Part shown: positions 39,176 to 51,700 of the stretch, piece after piece
Position numbering within the stretch: the stretch's first letter is position 1
Layout: every line of letters begins with the position of its first letter
NCBI GenBank assembly: GCA_964035545.1
Contig: OZ037765.1
Span: forward strand, 20,026,995-20,090,994
Direction of reading: 5' to 3'
Length of the DNA stretch: 64,000 nt
Source: Bugula neritina
Taxonomy: Eukaryota; Animalia; Bryozoa
Notes under the pieces: generated by a model
Seen by the model: the letters and a program-made list of their open reading frames with translations, nothing else
Database searches by the model: none
Told to the model about the DNA's origin: nothing
Made by a program: the position numbers and the translations under genes

Positions 39176-41044
39176 GCAGAGACATGGAAAAAGACACACG
39201 GTACTCAATATATTGTCCTACTAAATATTTTGTCAATAATTTGTTAACTGCAGAGCTGGCAATTTAATAAGTTGTTTATTAGCCACTTGCATAAAAGTTG
39301 CTTATTCTGTTACTTTACCAGTTGACATAATACAGCACATAAATGGTTTTTATCAAGATTTAAATTTCTTGACTTGTTTAGTACTGTATAATACATCAAA
39401 AATATTAAGAATTCTATGTAGTTGTTTTGATTTGTTATAATATAGTAGTTGCTGAATGCCATAATATCTTGAATAAAATAATGCGCTTTAATTTCTTTTA
39501 TAAAGATGTGAAAATAATTGAGAGTTCTAATAGTCATTAGTATAATTCAATAAACAGTAGCACAACTTTTCTATCAATTATAAACTCTTGGAAATTAATT
39601 TAATGAAATAATTTTAATATTGAGTTAAGCTCAGATCTATGCATATATATAAAGTACTTAAATTGTTCAAAATGTCATAATCCATTGAATTTTCGCTGTC
39701 TAGAGATGCTTATATCAGTTGCTGTGGGTATCTTGTTGTGGTGGCTATATTGTAGAATACTGCAAAATGCAAACTCTTATCTTTCTCGAATATACAACTT
39801 ATAGTTGTTCTGAGTGGCTTTATTTAATATAAAATTCTGATAGTTTAAGTTCAGTCAAACCAATATAGCTAATAATATCTAATCAGTCTATAAATATTTT
39901 AGAATGACTTGTAAGCAATAGAACGTTTCAATTAGTTCCGCTTTTTTTTCTGTATCTGTATGAAGTAGATCCTGCAGCAGACCAGCAGACCAGCGGACCA
40001 TCGTGCAAGCATCAGAGATCAGAAAGTTACTATAATGTCAATTTTTTTTTTTATTAAATTTTTCTAATATATAAAGCAAAATAAAATATATTGATGTAGA
40101 ATTTTTTTTTCTGTTTTGTTTTCTTTCAAGTATAAAACAAAATAAATGTATTGATATAGAGATCTATTAGAAGAAAGCAATGGTAGGGACGCTCAATGGA
40201 AACAAAAGTGAGCAGTCTGCATAAAGCAAATAAAAGAGATAAAAGTGCAAAAAAGCAAAAATGTGAAATAAAGCAAACGCCAAACTAAAAGCTTTAAAAG
40301 CACGCTATGCCAAAAATATTATATTATTCAACTGTACCTAAGTAGAATTATTTATAAGAAAAACATGCAGCAGGACTATTTGCTATCTTCTTGTATTTAA
40401 TATTTGTTTTCTATATCTTTCATTGAGCCAGTCTCAATATTGTAAACTGTCAGGCTATATTTGTTGGGAAAAAATAATTGCAAATAGAATTGTTTGCATG
40501 TCTACCTTATAAGCACTTGATCACTTAAGTTCTCAATATTGTAATATAATTTCCATGAGTTTAGAATATTTTATGAACTAGCTGCAAACTCAATTAAACT
40601 GCTATACATTTATCCATTGTATACTCATATAATAAACATGAAAGCTTTTTCAAGCTTCCATATCATAATTACTGGCGTACTGTGAAACAAATAAATCAAT
40701 AATTATAAAGTATTCCAGAAAATATATTTCGATCACTCAACTGATGGATAAGATGATAGAGACAATGATAATAACACAATAACTATGTTATCAATAAACT
40801 TATGCACAGGAAAACAAAGTTTCAGCTAAGTACAGAGACACCTGATAGGATGTGATTGTCTTCTCCTGAATATTAAATAATGTCGCTGCATATTCTAATA
40901 TTCTTCTTTGACTAAATAAATTTTAATTATATTTACTTCACTATCAACATTCATTATTGTGTTGACTGTCCATCATGCACTACATCTACACTGTGTTGAT
41001 CTCATCTATAGCAAGGAGTTGTCATACCAGAAACTTTATACAGC

Positions 41045-41685
41045 TCACCCTGCTCTTCTTACAGTCTGTAACAAGAAAACACCACTATTGTAATAATTGT
41101 AGATCATCTATTTGAAATAAAAGCAGCATTTCAATTGTGAAATATTTACAGTTTCATTCAACAGTGAGTAACGGGAGTATAGAAAACAATTGTCATATGC
41201 TTGTTTATGTAGAAACTTCTTGCATTGAAATCATAAAATATTCAACTGGTTGATATTTTGTTTAAACAGTGTACATATATGAATACATGACACCATAAAC
41301 AATGTATAAACTAAAATAATACGACTTCTTACCTGAGTCAATATAACTGTCATCAACTTGGTGAGCTGTGACTTTGATATGATTGAGCCATTGTATAATT
41401 TCTGTATGACATTCAACTCCTGCTCCATCTTTAATTTTTCATCCTGTTATAAATTACCAAAAAGTTTTAAGAGTTTTAATATCAAGTCACACGTTATAGT
41501 TTAAACTAGTAGAAAATTCAAAAGTTGAAAATTCAAATCAATTAATGTAATTTTCAGATGTGACGCGATGATAAACACAACATTTTACTCACTGCTGACT
41601 TATGTTGTAAAACTCTCTTAATCCACATTCTCTCTCCTTTACCAAACACAGTAAATGAGTACACAGTAGTTGAAGTGATAGACAT
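41045..41685 (-). CDS. Putative spliced 74-aa ORF of unknown function (left arm)
   Basis: Exons 41685-41593, 41443-41333, 41065-41045 with gtgagt/gtaaga donors and acag acceptors, all phase 0; splice sites conserved in the other arm. No recognisable domain. Confidence 0.35.
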
Positions 41686-41978
41686 GATGAGTGATAATAT
41701 TAGTTCAGTAAATCTCTGCTCAATAAACTCTCTTGGCTGATGCAAATCAAGTTTGCGACTTTGTGTTGTCGGAGTTATGTTTTTGATTGTTGAGTGTAAT
41801 GAAGTTAGCAATGCATTAAAATTTGAATTTAAAATACTTTATATACCAACTATCATTATAATAATGTTTTAGATATATATTCTAAGAGTAATTTACATAA
41901 TTTATATTTTATAATATTGCATCATATATGCAGTGTTTATAACCCTATAAAGTTGTTTATAGCCTTTCTGGACATATA

Positions 41979-42250
41979 ATACATACATACACACATACAT
42001 ACATACACACATACATACATACATACATACATACATACATACATACATACATACATACATCCATACATCCATCCATACACACATACATACATACATACAT
42101 ACATCCATACATCCATATATATATATATATAGGCTATGTATATGTGTGTGTGTGTGTGCGTGCGTGTGTGTGTGTATACATATACATATATACATATACA
42201 CATATACATATGCCATATCATATTATATATATAATATTATATATATACCA
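41979..42250. repeat. Compound microsatellite (CATA)n/(CATC)n/(TA)n/(TG)n
   Basis: Visible directly. Confidence 0.95.
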
Positions 42251-42373
42251 TATTATTTCATATACGTATTCAGTGATTTAAATTCAAATTTTAATGCATT
42301 GCTAACTTCATTACACTCAACAATCAAAAACATAACTCCGACAACACAAAGTCACAAACTTGATTTGCATCAG

Positions 42374-42881
42374 TGTGACAGCCGATAATGGATACTGTAT
42401 CAGCTGATAAGTTTTGCTGCGTCAGCACGGGTACTGTTTGGCACGGATGCCTATGTATTGTGATTCACTTAATGAAGGGTGAATGGATGGAGGACACAGA
42501 TGCAGGCCACAACTCTATTTTTTGTCTATTGCCAACAGTATATTTTCTAAGTTAGACTTCATTCATACTTAGACTCATACTCATACTCGTACTGTAACCT
42601 ATGACCATAAAAATTACAAAAATCTTGTTAACTTAACATTAATTACATAGCTGACAAAACATTTAGTTAATGAAGTTCAAAACAAAAGATAATATAATAC
42701 TTGATACTTACAATTATTTTGACAATTAAGTATAGATTGCCTGCATCTTTAGCAGGAGGAAAACTGAGCTACACTGACTCATCTACCAAAAACTGTCAGT
42801 AAATAGCTATCACGAAAGCTTTCACAAATAGCTTTCATTACACAATGATTTTTGGAAAGCTGCCAAAAAGCTACTGCAACA
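42374..42881. mobile_element. Solo LTR (508 bp)
   Basis: TGT...ACA termini (TGTGACAG / CTGCAACA), 5-bp TSD ATCAG on both sides; the paralogous left arm has one ATCAG and no insert. Confidence 0.85.
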
Positions 42882-42937
42882 ATCAGCCAAAAAAGTTTAT
42901 TGAGCAGAGATTTACTAAACTAATATTATCACTCATC

Positions 42938-43554
42938 ATGTCTATCACTTTAACTACTGTGTACTTATTTACTGTGTTTGGTAGAGGAGAGAAAATGTGA
43001 ATTAAGAGAGTTTTACAGAATAAGTCAGCAGTGAGTAAAATGTTATGTTCATCACCACGTCATACCTAAATAATACCTTATTATTAAATTTGAATTTTCT
43101 ACTTTTAGAAATACAACTTCCTACTAGTTTGAACTATAAATAATACTGATTTTATTTTTTACCTGATATTAAAACTCTTAAAACATTTTGGTAATTTACA
43201 ACAGGATAAAAGAATAGAGATGGAGCAGGAGTTGAATGTCATACAGAAATTATACAATTACTCAATCATATCAAAGTTACAGCTCACCAAGTTGATGACA
43301 GTTATATTGACTCAGGTAAAAATCATATGATGTTTAAATAAAATATCAGCCCATTGGATATTTTCTAATCCAACACAAGAAGTTACTGTACATTAACAAG
43401 CATAAGACAATTGTCTGCACTATACCCACTACACTCATTGTTGAATGAAGCTGTAAATTATTCACAATCAAAACCCTGTTTTTATATCAAATAGATCTAC
43501 AATTATTACAATAGTGGTGCTTTCTTGTTACAGGCTATAAGGAGAGCAGGGTGA
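42938..43554 (+). pseudogene. Right-arm copy of the putative microgene, with a premature stop
   Basis: Same three exons; TGG>TGA at 42998-43000. Confidence 0.35.
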
Positions 43555-45715
43555 GCTGTATAAAGTTTCTAGTATGACAACTCCTTGCTATAGATGAGAT
43601 CAACACAGTGTAGATGTAGTACATGATGGACAGTCAACACAATAATGAATGTTGACAGTGAAGGGAATATAACTAAAATTAATTTACTCAGAGAAGAATA
43701 TTAGAGTATACAGTTCAGGAGAAGACAATCATGTTATGAAGTTGCCTCTGAACTCTGCTAAGAATTAGTTTAGCCACAGTATATTCATTATAGTATAATT
43801 TTTGTCAGTCTGGTATTAAAATATATTTTCTTAAACATTATATAATTATTCTGTTTCTTATTGCATAGTGCCAGTACATATCGTACAAAAGTGTGAACAT
43901 ACTTAATTACATGTGGCATGTTCATTACACAGTAATTGAGTTTACAGTTAATAAAATATCCTATAATGTACTATTGAGGTCTTCAGGTAATGTCTCTGCA
44001 TGAGAGAACAACTCCAATTCTATTATATCCGAGTGTACTTGCATGTATTTTATTCCCTCCTATAACCAAGACAAACCAGCAGTAAACTGTATTATTTCTT
44101 GAAAGTCTAAAACCCGATCTCCAAAGCAGTACAACCTCAACCACTCACCTGCCTCTCAGTTGGGCAATTCTGCAGCTAATGAGCATTTTATTGCATGACA
44201 GAAATAACAATATTTCTTCTATAGCCTGATTTGATAAGGTTTAGTTTGGTGATTGCATTTGAAGAGATATTGTTGTATTACATAAACCTTCTAGAACCCA
44301 GACTATTCCAAACAAGCTGCAACTCCGTATTTGACTCCTAACTCTGTAATATGTATTGATATGATACTGTTTTTATTGAAGAGAGAACCAGACTTAGGCT
44401 CAGTTATGGCTAACAAGCTTTTTTTATAAAAGACACTGACATAGTAATTTAAAACTCTTATAAGAAACAGCTTATTTAACACCTTCTTGGAAATGGTCTT
44501 ACTCTAAAAAGTGGTTTAACCAAAAAGCTAGAACGTAACACTGAAACTAAAATTTGAACTTCATTGCCTGATCATAGCTAAAAGTTGACTCAACTGTAGC
44601 TTTAGCCTGTGCTACAAGAACTTTCACCCTTCTTACACAATATCAGTATGTGATCAATGGACCAAATGCTTGGACATGTATGGTTTAAGATATATTATGG
44701 CTGGAAACTAGAGAAATTAGCCCTATATATGTCACTGGGATCAAGGAAGTGTTGACAAATAATGATCCTTGAGCATATTTTTGAAGCCAGATAAGTAAAC
44801 GTGTGTTCTATTGTATTTAGTGTCCCTTACAGTGTAAGAGCTTGTCTTTTTGCTATACACACTGGAATTAGTGTGAACTGTGAAGAGATATTATTTCAGG
44901 TTTGCTTCAGCTTGTAATTAATCAATGCCTCTAAAATACACTCAAGGATTGACCTAAATAGTAACCTGGCATCGGTTGAGAGTTGTCTTTATATTTGAAA
45001 TGCAAATCAAATCTAATTGAAGTTCTATATAATATGCAATTAACCATATAGTTCTTTTTTCATGGTATTTGCTTGTTCGAACAATAAAAACCAATTTTGC
45101 AAAAATTTTTTTAAGCCAGTTTAACTTTATCACATATTACTATTTATTAGCTTTATTGGTGTAACAAAATTTGAATTAATATTGAATTAAGTTTCTCACA
45201 TGTGCAAACTGAATCAGCTGAAATGACGCCGATGTTATGCTTACAATGACAACCATCTTGTTGAAGATAATTTAATGCAACTTATACGTAAAGAAATAAT
45301 ATCAGTTGATCAATCAATTGTAACTTGAAGGAAAAAATTTTTTGTTGATATGACCTCAGCTGTTAAATAATAGTGCTGGCTGCTAATGCGTCACAAATCG
45401 TGTTAGCACAACTCTTCATTTAGACTCTCAGCTGCAAAACTGTAGTTCTATTCATGTAATTTATTCATGCATAGAATATTTTGATTGGATAACTCAGAAT
45501 ATGAAGATTAAACACACTTGAGTAGATAACTCACAAGTGGTAACAACGGAAACGGATATTTAGATTGTTTGCGCGTGCGTGCTTTTAATTATCCGGTTAA
45601 AGCAGTTTTTGAGAACGTTGTTTGCAAACTTGCGGAACTAGGACAGCCAGTCAGTATCTCACTGGTCTTCTACCACTTTGTTTTTGTCACATTTACTCAA
45701 CCCACATCAACAAAG

Positions 45716-48700
45716 ATGGTAAATACAGTAAATATTTTCATGATATTATGTTATAAAACTATTTTTGCTTTCTAATGAATAACGGTAATTGTAACTCAAA
45801 CTGTAAGACTAAGTCCAAGTGTTGGTGTAAGTCAAACTCAAATTAAAACTCTAAAAGTGCAGCATAACCATTGGGCTTGGCATTTGCATTTACTGATTTA
45901 GTTTTACAATTACTATTAGTATAAGAAGTACTAACTGTAATTCTAATCAATAACTTAGTGAGTCAGTAAAAATGAAATGACTGAAACTCCAAAAGCAAAA
46001 GTTAGGCTGGAACTGAAAGTGAAAATGCAACGCCAACTGAAAACTATCACTGTGATGGTAACCATGAGTGAATGACTGACAGTAAAACTAAAATTTAAAC
46101 TAGCCCTAGGTCTTCAACTTCAAGTATTCATAGTGAAGTAAGTTAAACTTAAATGATCAGTGAATGTGATACTCATACCAATCTACTTCTAGTTCTAGTG
46201 ATAATGCTCATGCTGATACTGATGGTGATAGTAATAGGCTACTAATAGTAATAGTGATACTTATGCTAATGATTATATGCTTAGCTTGACTTGCAACATG
46301 AACTTTTCAATTGGCATGGGCAGAACGAAGAGAAAGTCAAAGTGACACTTTTCACCTGTGACTTGACCTTGCAAAGAGTATAACTATAAGGAAAATCAAA
46401 CATTAATACTTCATTAGTCTTACCCTTACTCTTAGACTTGGTCACTTTTTAGTTCAGGCAATGCTTCATCACCATGAATGGCTGAAATTTAAGTATAAAG
46501 TATAAAAGATGCTTAGCAGCAAATGCATAGTTGCATCTTTGAATTGCTGGAGAACTTTAAATAATACTTGTCGAATTTTTCTTCACACTAAGCCACCCTG
46601 TTGGGTAGAAGGGGTGTGCCCCATTCTTAATCATGAGTTACATGTATGTACCTGTGGTCAGTAAAGATATATTTTTAAAAAAATAATGTACAGTGGATGC
46701 AAAGCAGGCCTGCTTAGCCTGTGTGTGGTAAGAGTGCAGTAAGGGACCGCGCTTTGGTTTACATATTTGAAAGATTTGTTTATATAAAACTCTTGACTTC
46801 ATGTTATCAATAAAATTAAAATAATTAATATATTATTAATGTTCAATAAGAAAATAATTTAACTTTTAAGGAGTGATTAAAGTTTTGAGAAAAAATTTGT
46901 ATCTGACAATATAATTTTGATGAAATCAAAAGGATTTGTGCTGGAAGAGCCTGTTGTAAACTGGCATATTTTTGCTAGCTCATCAATTTTCATTATCTAA
47001 CCATATCAGTATGTTAACAACTTTCTTACTATGTCAGATTTTTTCTTTACAACCATAGTTTTGATAATTCAGCAACCAGATGTAGTTTAATATATGTCCT
47101 GTAAATTCTTTAACTAGCTAAGCTACAGTAAAAACATTGCTTGTGACCTGAGAGGTTAAATAAATAGGGAAAACATAAATCGCATCTGTATTAATAAAGC
47201 AATAAAGAAAAAATGACGGATTGGTGATGCACCAGTTAAAGAATTCCTGACACACTTTACTTATATAGCATGAAAATATTCATCTATGTCTTAGCTATCA
47301 TTTTAACACTCTTTTAGGGTTTCAGGTCTAAACAATTTTGTTTTATAACAGTTTTAGTGCATGCATGTCCAAAAAACTTCGAGAATTTTTTTCGCCCTTC
47401 TGTGACGTATTACACCGCAGTTGCGAGAAATAGATGGAAACGCCGCCTGTAAGACATTCGGAAAATAAGTATAGGCTATATTTTCCGTTGCATGTAACCT
47501 TAGTTTTAGCATTTTTAATTTATCGGACGTCTGTCTAGTCCCCAATTAGTATTTTTTTGTGGAATTTAGGTTTTATTTCATAAACAAATTTCGCGGCAAT
47601 AAATACATAGCTACCAACTTACCGTGTCCGAGTCTGTGCAGTGTAATTGTGATAAAGATAAACCTAATACAGAAATAACATAAATACGATATCAATATGA
47701 ACATATCTGGCTCTGACGAAAAATACTTAGAGCACAGTGAGAATCGCAATGAGTATGACTATGACAATCACACTCACGCTGTCACTGAGATTTCTGAAGT
47801 AATGGGCTATCACTATCAGTTTGAGCCGTTTACGTATCAAGATGAAAATGGAGATGATAGTCATGACAAGGATTTTACTGTTACTGATGAGCAACAGGTG
47901 ATACTATTTATAATTTTACTGTATCAGTACGATTTAATTTTATAAACTATAGTGTTACTAATACCGTAATACTAATAGTAATACTAATACTAATAGTAAT
48001 ACTTTAACTTTAAGTTATAAGTATAAGCTAGTATAAGTTATAAATTATTATAATTATAATATTTCATTTTCATTTTGTAATCGTAATTCCAATGCTCAAT
48101 GCCAATGCTCGTATTGATCCTGGCTTAATTAGTTAATATAGCTGAGTTTTGTGCTACTAAAGCTTTAGAGCAAGCATGATATCAAATTACAAGCTAAATA
48201 TTTGATGATTGCTATCGGTTTATATAATATTATTAATAATAAAGTGATAATCATTAAATTTAATGATTACAAATTCCAGTCAAGTAATTAAATATTTGAT
48301 CAATACTAATTTTGTTATTACTACTACCAATACAGGTATTAGTATTAATTATTTGTAGTTAGATTTACCTGATAATTTAAGTCAAGGGAAAGACCGTATT
48401 TTTATAAATGCATAATAATGATAATTATTATTCACTTTTATTGTAATTGTGGTTATACCGATCCTTAACAAAATAAGTTAATCACATACATAATCATGTG
48501 AAACTTGCATTCACGATGATAGCATTTAGTATTTTATTTCTAAGCCCCCTATTTCTCTGAATTTCTGCTTTTATAGTATAACATATAGTACTAACAACAA
48601 TAAAATATTTTAAAATTTCTGAAAATTAGTTTATTTCATAGCAAAAATTATGAGTTTGTTTTAATATAAAAAATCTAATTAATTTTCAACTATAAATATA

Positions 48701-51700
48701 AAAATAGTTTGAACAGTAATGCAAACTTGGAATATTTTAAAACCCATGATTTTAAAGTATTTTCAAACTTCAGCCTCATTGGACTCAATTTTCAATACAA
48801 AGAAAAATACAGGAAACAAATTTAGACACAGTAATTAATGGACTTAATGTGGATGATACTGGTAATAACGTTTTTAGAAAAGCTTGTTTGTTTTGTAGAA
48901 AAATATAAGGCCAGCCACGGAGTGGTGCACTTGCCACCGCTGCCAAAATCAGCCTACAGTGGAACAGTCTGTTTGTTGCCGTGATCATGCTGCAAACCTT
49001 CGATTAGATAGCAGCATGGAATGTATAACACAGCACCCGGGAGTACAGCAATTGACGCAACCAGCTGTATTAGAAGTTGCATACAGCAGCTACCTGAGAT
49101 ATCATGGTTAGTCAATTGCTACTGTAGATCAGTAACTGTCATTGTTAGTTTTTCTAGATAGTCTTACTTGATTATTTAGCCAATCATTTATTTTGGTAGA
49201 TGATTTGTTTGATGAGAAGGCCCATTCTCTCAACACTAAAAAAAGGTTCTGCAGCTACCGGTTTTTGGTGTTCTGGCTGTTTCCAGATATTAAAAAGGGT
49301 GAGAGACGCCCTTTACCAGCTTGCTTATATGATTGGGTGCAAGCTACATTCCCCCCAACTGATGATGAGGAAGAATTTGCTGAATGGATGTTCAGCAAAT
49401 TCGTGTACAATGAAGATTTATGAACATTAACACTCTGGTGATTTTTAGTAGCAGTCAGTTGCTACTGCCTCTTGTAGTGTGTACAGCTTACTATGAGAAT
49501 AAACCTCATTATTTGCAATCTCCCTGACCTTTGAAATTAATTTACCGTTGAGTTTGAGTTGCAATATACTGTGAATATATATTGTGAATATACTTCAATA
49601 TGGTGACTATTTTTGCGCTGAACTTTTCAAGTGACTCTAAGATCATATTCTACAATATCTACATTTCAATGGAAACTGAGACTACAAGTAGATATATTGT
49701 CCAAATTTATTTTTGACACACCTTGAGGTGGAAAATTAAAAATATTATTTCCATTACACAAAAATATTTGGTTTTTTGTTGCATTAGAACATGCATTTTA
49801 AATAAAAATAAATATGGAGAAAAGCTATGAATTCAGTTTTTGAGCTAAGTGAACAATACTATTTCGCCATATTTCTATATACCAGCATTGAACAGCTTTG
49901 CTTCTAATCTTTTTCTGCATCCTTTTAGGTGTTTGCACATATTTGTTGTGTCCTATTCCTTTCTGTAGGCCCTTCTTTTCTGGCTTACGATGGAGAGCTG
50001 GTTTTTTTGTTTGACTTGGCAAAGCTCTAAAATATTATTATATATGAAGGTAACTGGAAAAGTATTATTGAAACAGCTGCAGAAAATCTCAATTGCTGTC
50101 TATATCATATTTCAATTTTATTGCTCAAGATCGCATTTTCAATATTATAATCCTTACAGAAAACCAGGGTCTGTTCTTTTTAACCAGCGAGCTTCTTTAG
50201 GTGTGATAGTGGCCGCCTGCTGACTTTGTTTCCGAGGAGTTAATGGAGTGCATCCAGTTGCACCCTCAGTTTCCACTAAATGAATAGTTGGGACTGCTGT
50301 TTTCTCTAAATGCAATCTAAAGAGTAAATCAAAGACAATGAATTTTTATTCTTTCAATAAGTGAACAATATTTACCATTAATTTTTACTGGTATTGATGA
50401 TGGGCACCATTACCAGTATCATACTCATAGCATGAGTATCAGTGCGTATGAATCATAATATTAATGGTATGTATCCAAGTGACTATGACACATTCTGATA
50501 ATCATAAGTCTTTCATATTATCGCCATTATAAATGAATTTCCTTACAATAATGGTTATCGTGTAAATCATAAATGCAAACTTGTACTTGCAAGTTTATGT
50601 CATAGTCACATGAAATTGAATCAACACGGTCATGACAATCCTATTGACTTATACCAACTTGTAGTAATACTTGATAGTTATAGTTATACTTATTGTTGAA
50701 AATCAACATTAAAAAAACTATCATTAGCCTATCGTCTAATTATATCACAATCACTAAGTCATTAGTCAGTATCACTATGACTATGACTATGAGTTTGAGT
50801 GAGTTATTCACTTACATGTTAATGAGTTTTGCTTTATACATGCCCATGTTTGTAAATTGTTCATCACCAAAATGAAAATGCTGAAAACACAAACGAGAGT
50901 TGTTATCAGGCAGAAAGTTTTTTCTTTTCGTATTGACAAACTTGGTCCATTTTTCACCACACGCAGTATCAGCAGGCCATTTAAACATGTGTTTTTCCTT
51001 GTACGAACACATTGCAGCTTCACACACTCTTCTTTTGCATTTGCCTTTAGAACTTGAAGCCATTCGTGTAGTCATGTCGACAGTAAGTGTAACTAGTAAT
51101 ATAGGTAATAAGTTTGTTCATTAGAGTCCAATGGCAATATGAATATGAAATCTAATTTATATAGATAGCGAGCGACTACTACTAGTAGTAGTACTACTAG
51201 GCACAGGTTATATTGGTAATATCCGGTTACGGTAATGATAATCTATTTGGAAGCGTAAGTTACATAATTGAATATGCAATTATTTGTAATGTTTTATAGA
51301 AAAGTTTACCACTCGTTGGATTTACCTAATTTCTTTCAACAATATCGCGTTATCGCCGTACTTAGCCACCCGTTCTAATTACATCGTGAGGGTGAGGCTA
51401 TTTCATTTTTCCGATGCTCAAAATTTCTAACGGAAGTAACTTTAGCTCTTAATATCAATAATAAAATGGTATCATTTGTTTTTTTCATTGAGCCTTAGTT
51501 GTACTCTGTGTTTTAAAATTTATGTCAGTTTAGTGATTTATCTGTGTGTTGCAGTGGCTAAAAATAAAACGCTGTGAAAGTATGCAATTATTACTATTAG
51601 TTATATAGTAACTAGGACTCGAAGCAGACCGGAAACCGGCGTAATACGTGTGCACTGAGAGCTTAGAAATCCGAAAGTTTTCTGGACATGCATGCACTAA

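Larger units (their letters stand above)
40560..43965. repeat. Inverted duplication (arms ~40560-41833 and 42277-~43965) around a microsatellite spacer
   Basis: Reverse-complement similarity, near-identical next to the spacer and clearest over 40850-41833 versus 42277-43730. Confidence 0.9.

Noticed and set aside
41902-42388. MYVC/THTH repeat ORFs
   Set aside because: Translations of the (CATA)n/(TG)n microsatellite.
46580-46760. Possible intronic snoRNA in VDAC intron 1 (GC-richer patch)
   Set aside because: I could not identify convincing H/ACA or C/D boxes with the right structure by eye; needs an Rfam scan.
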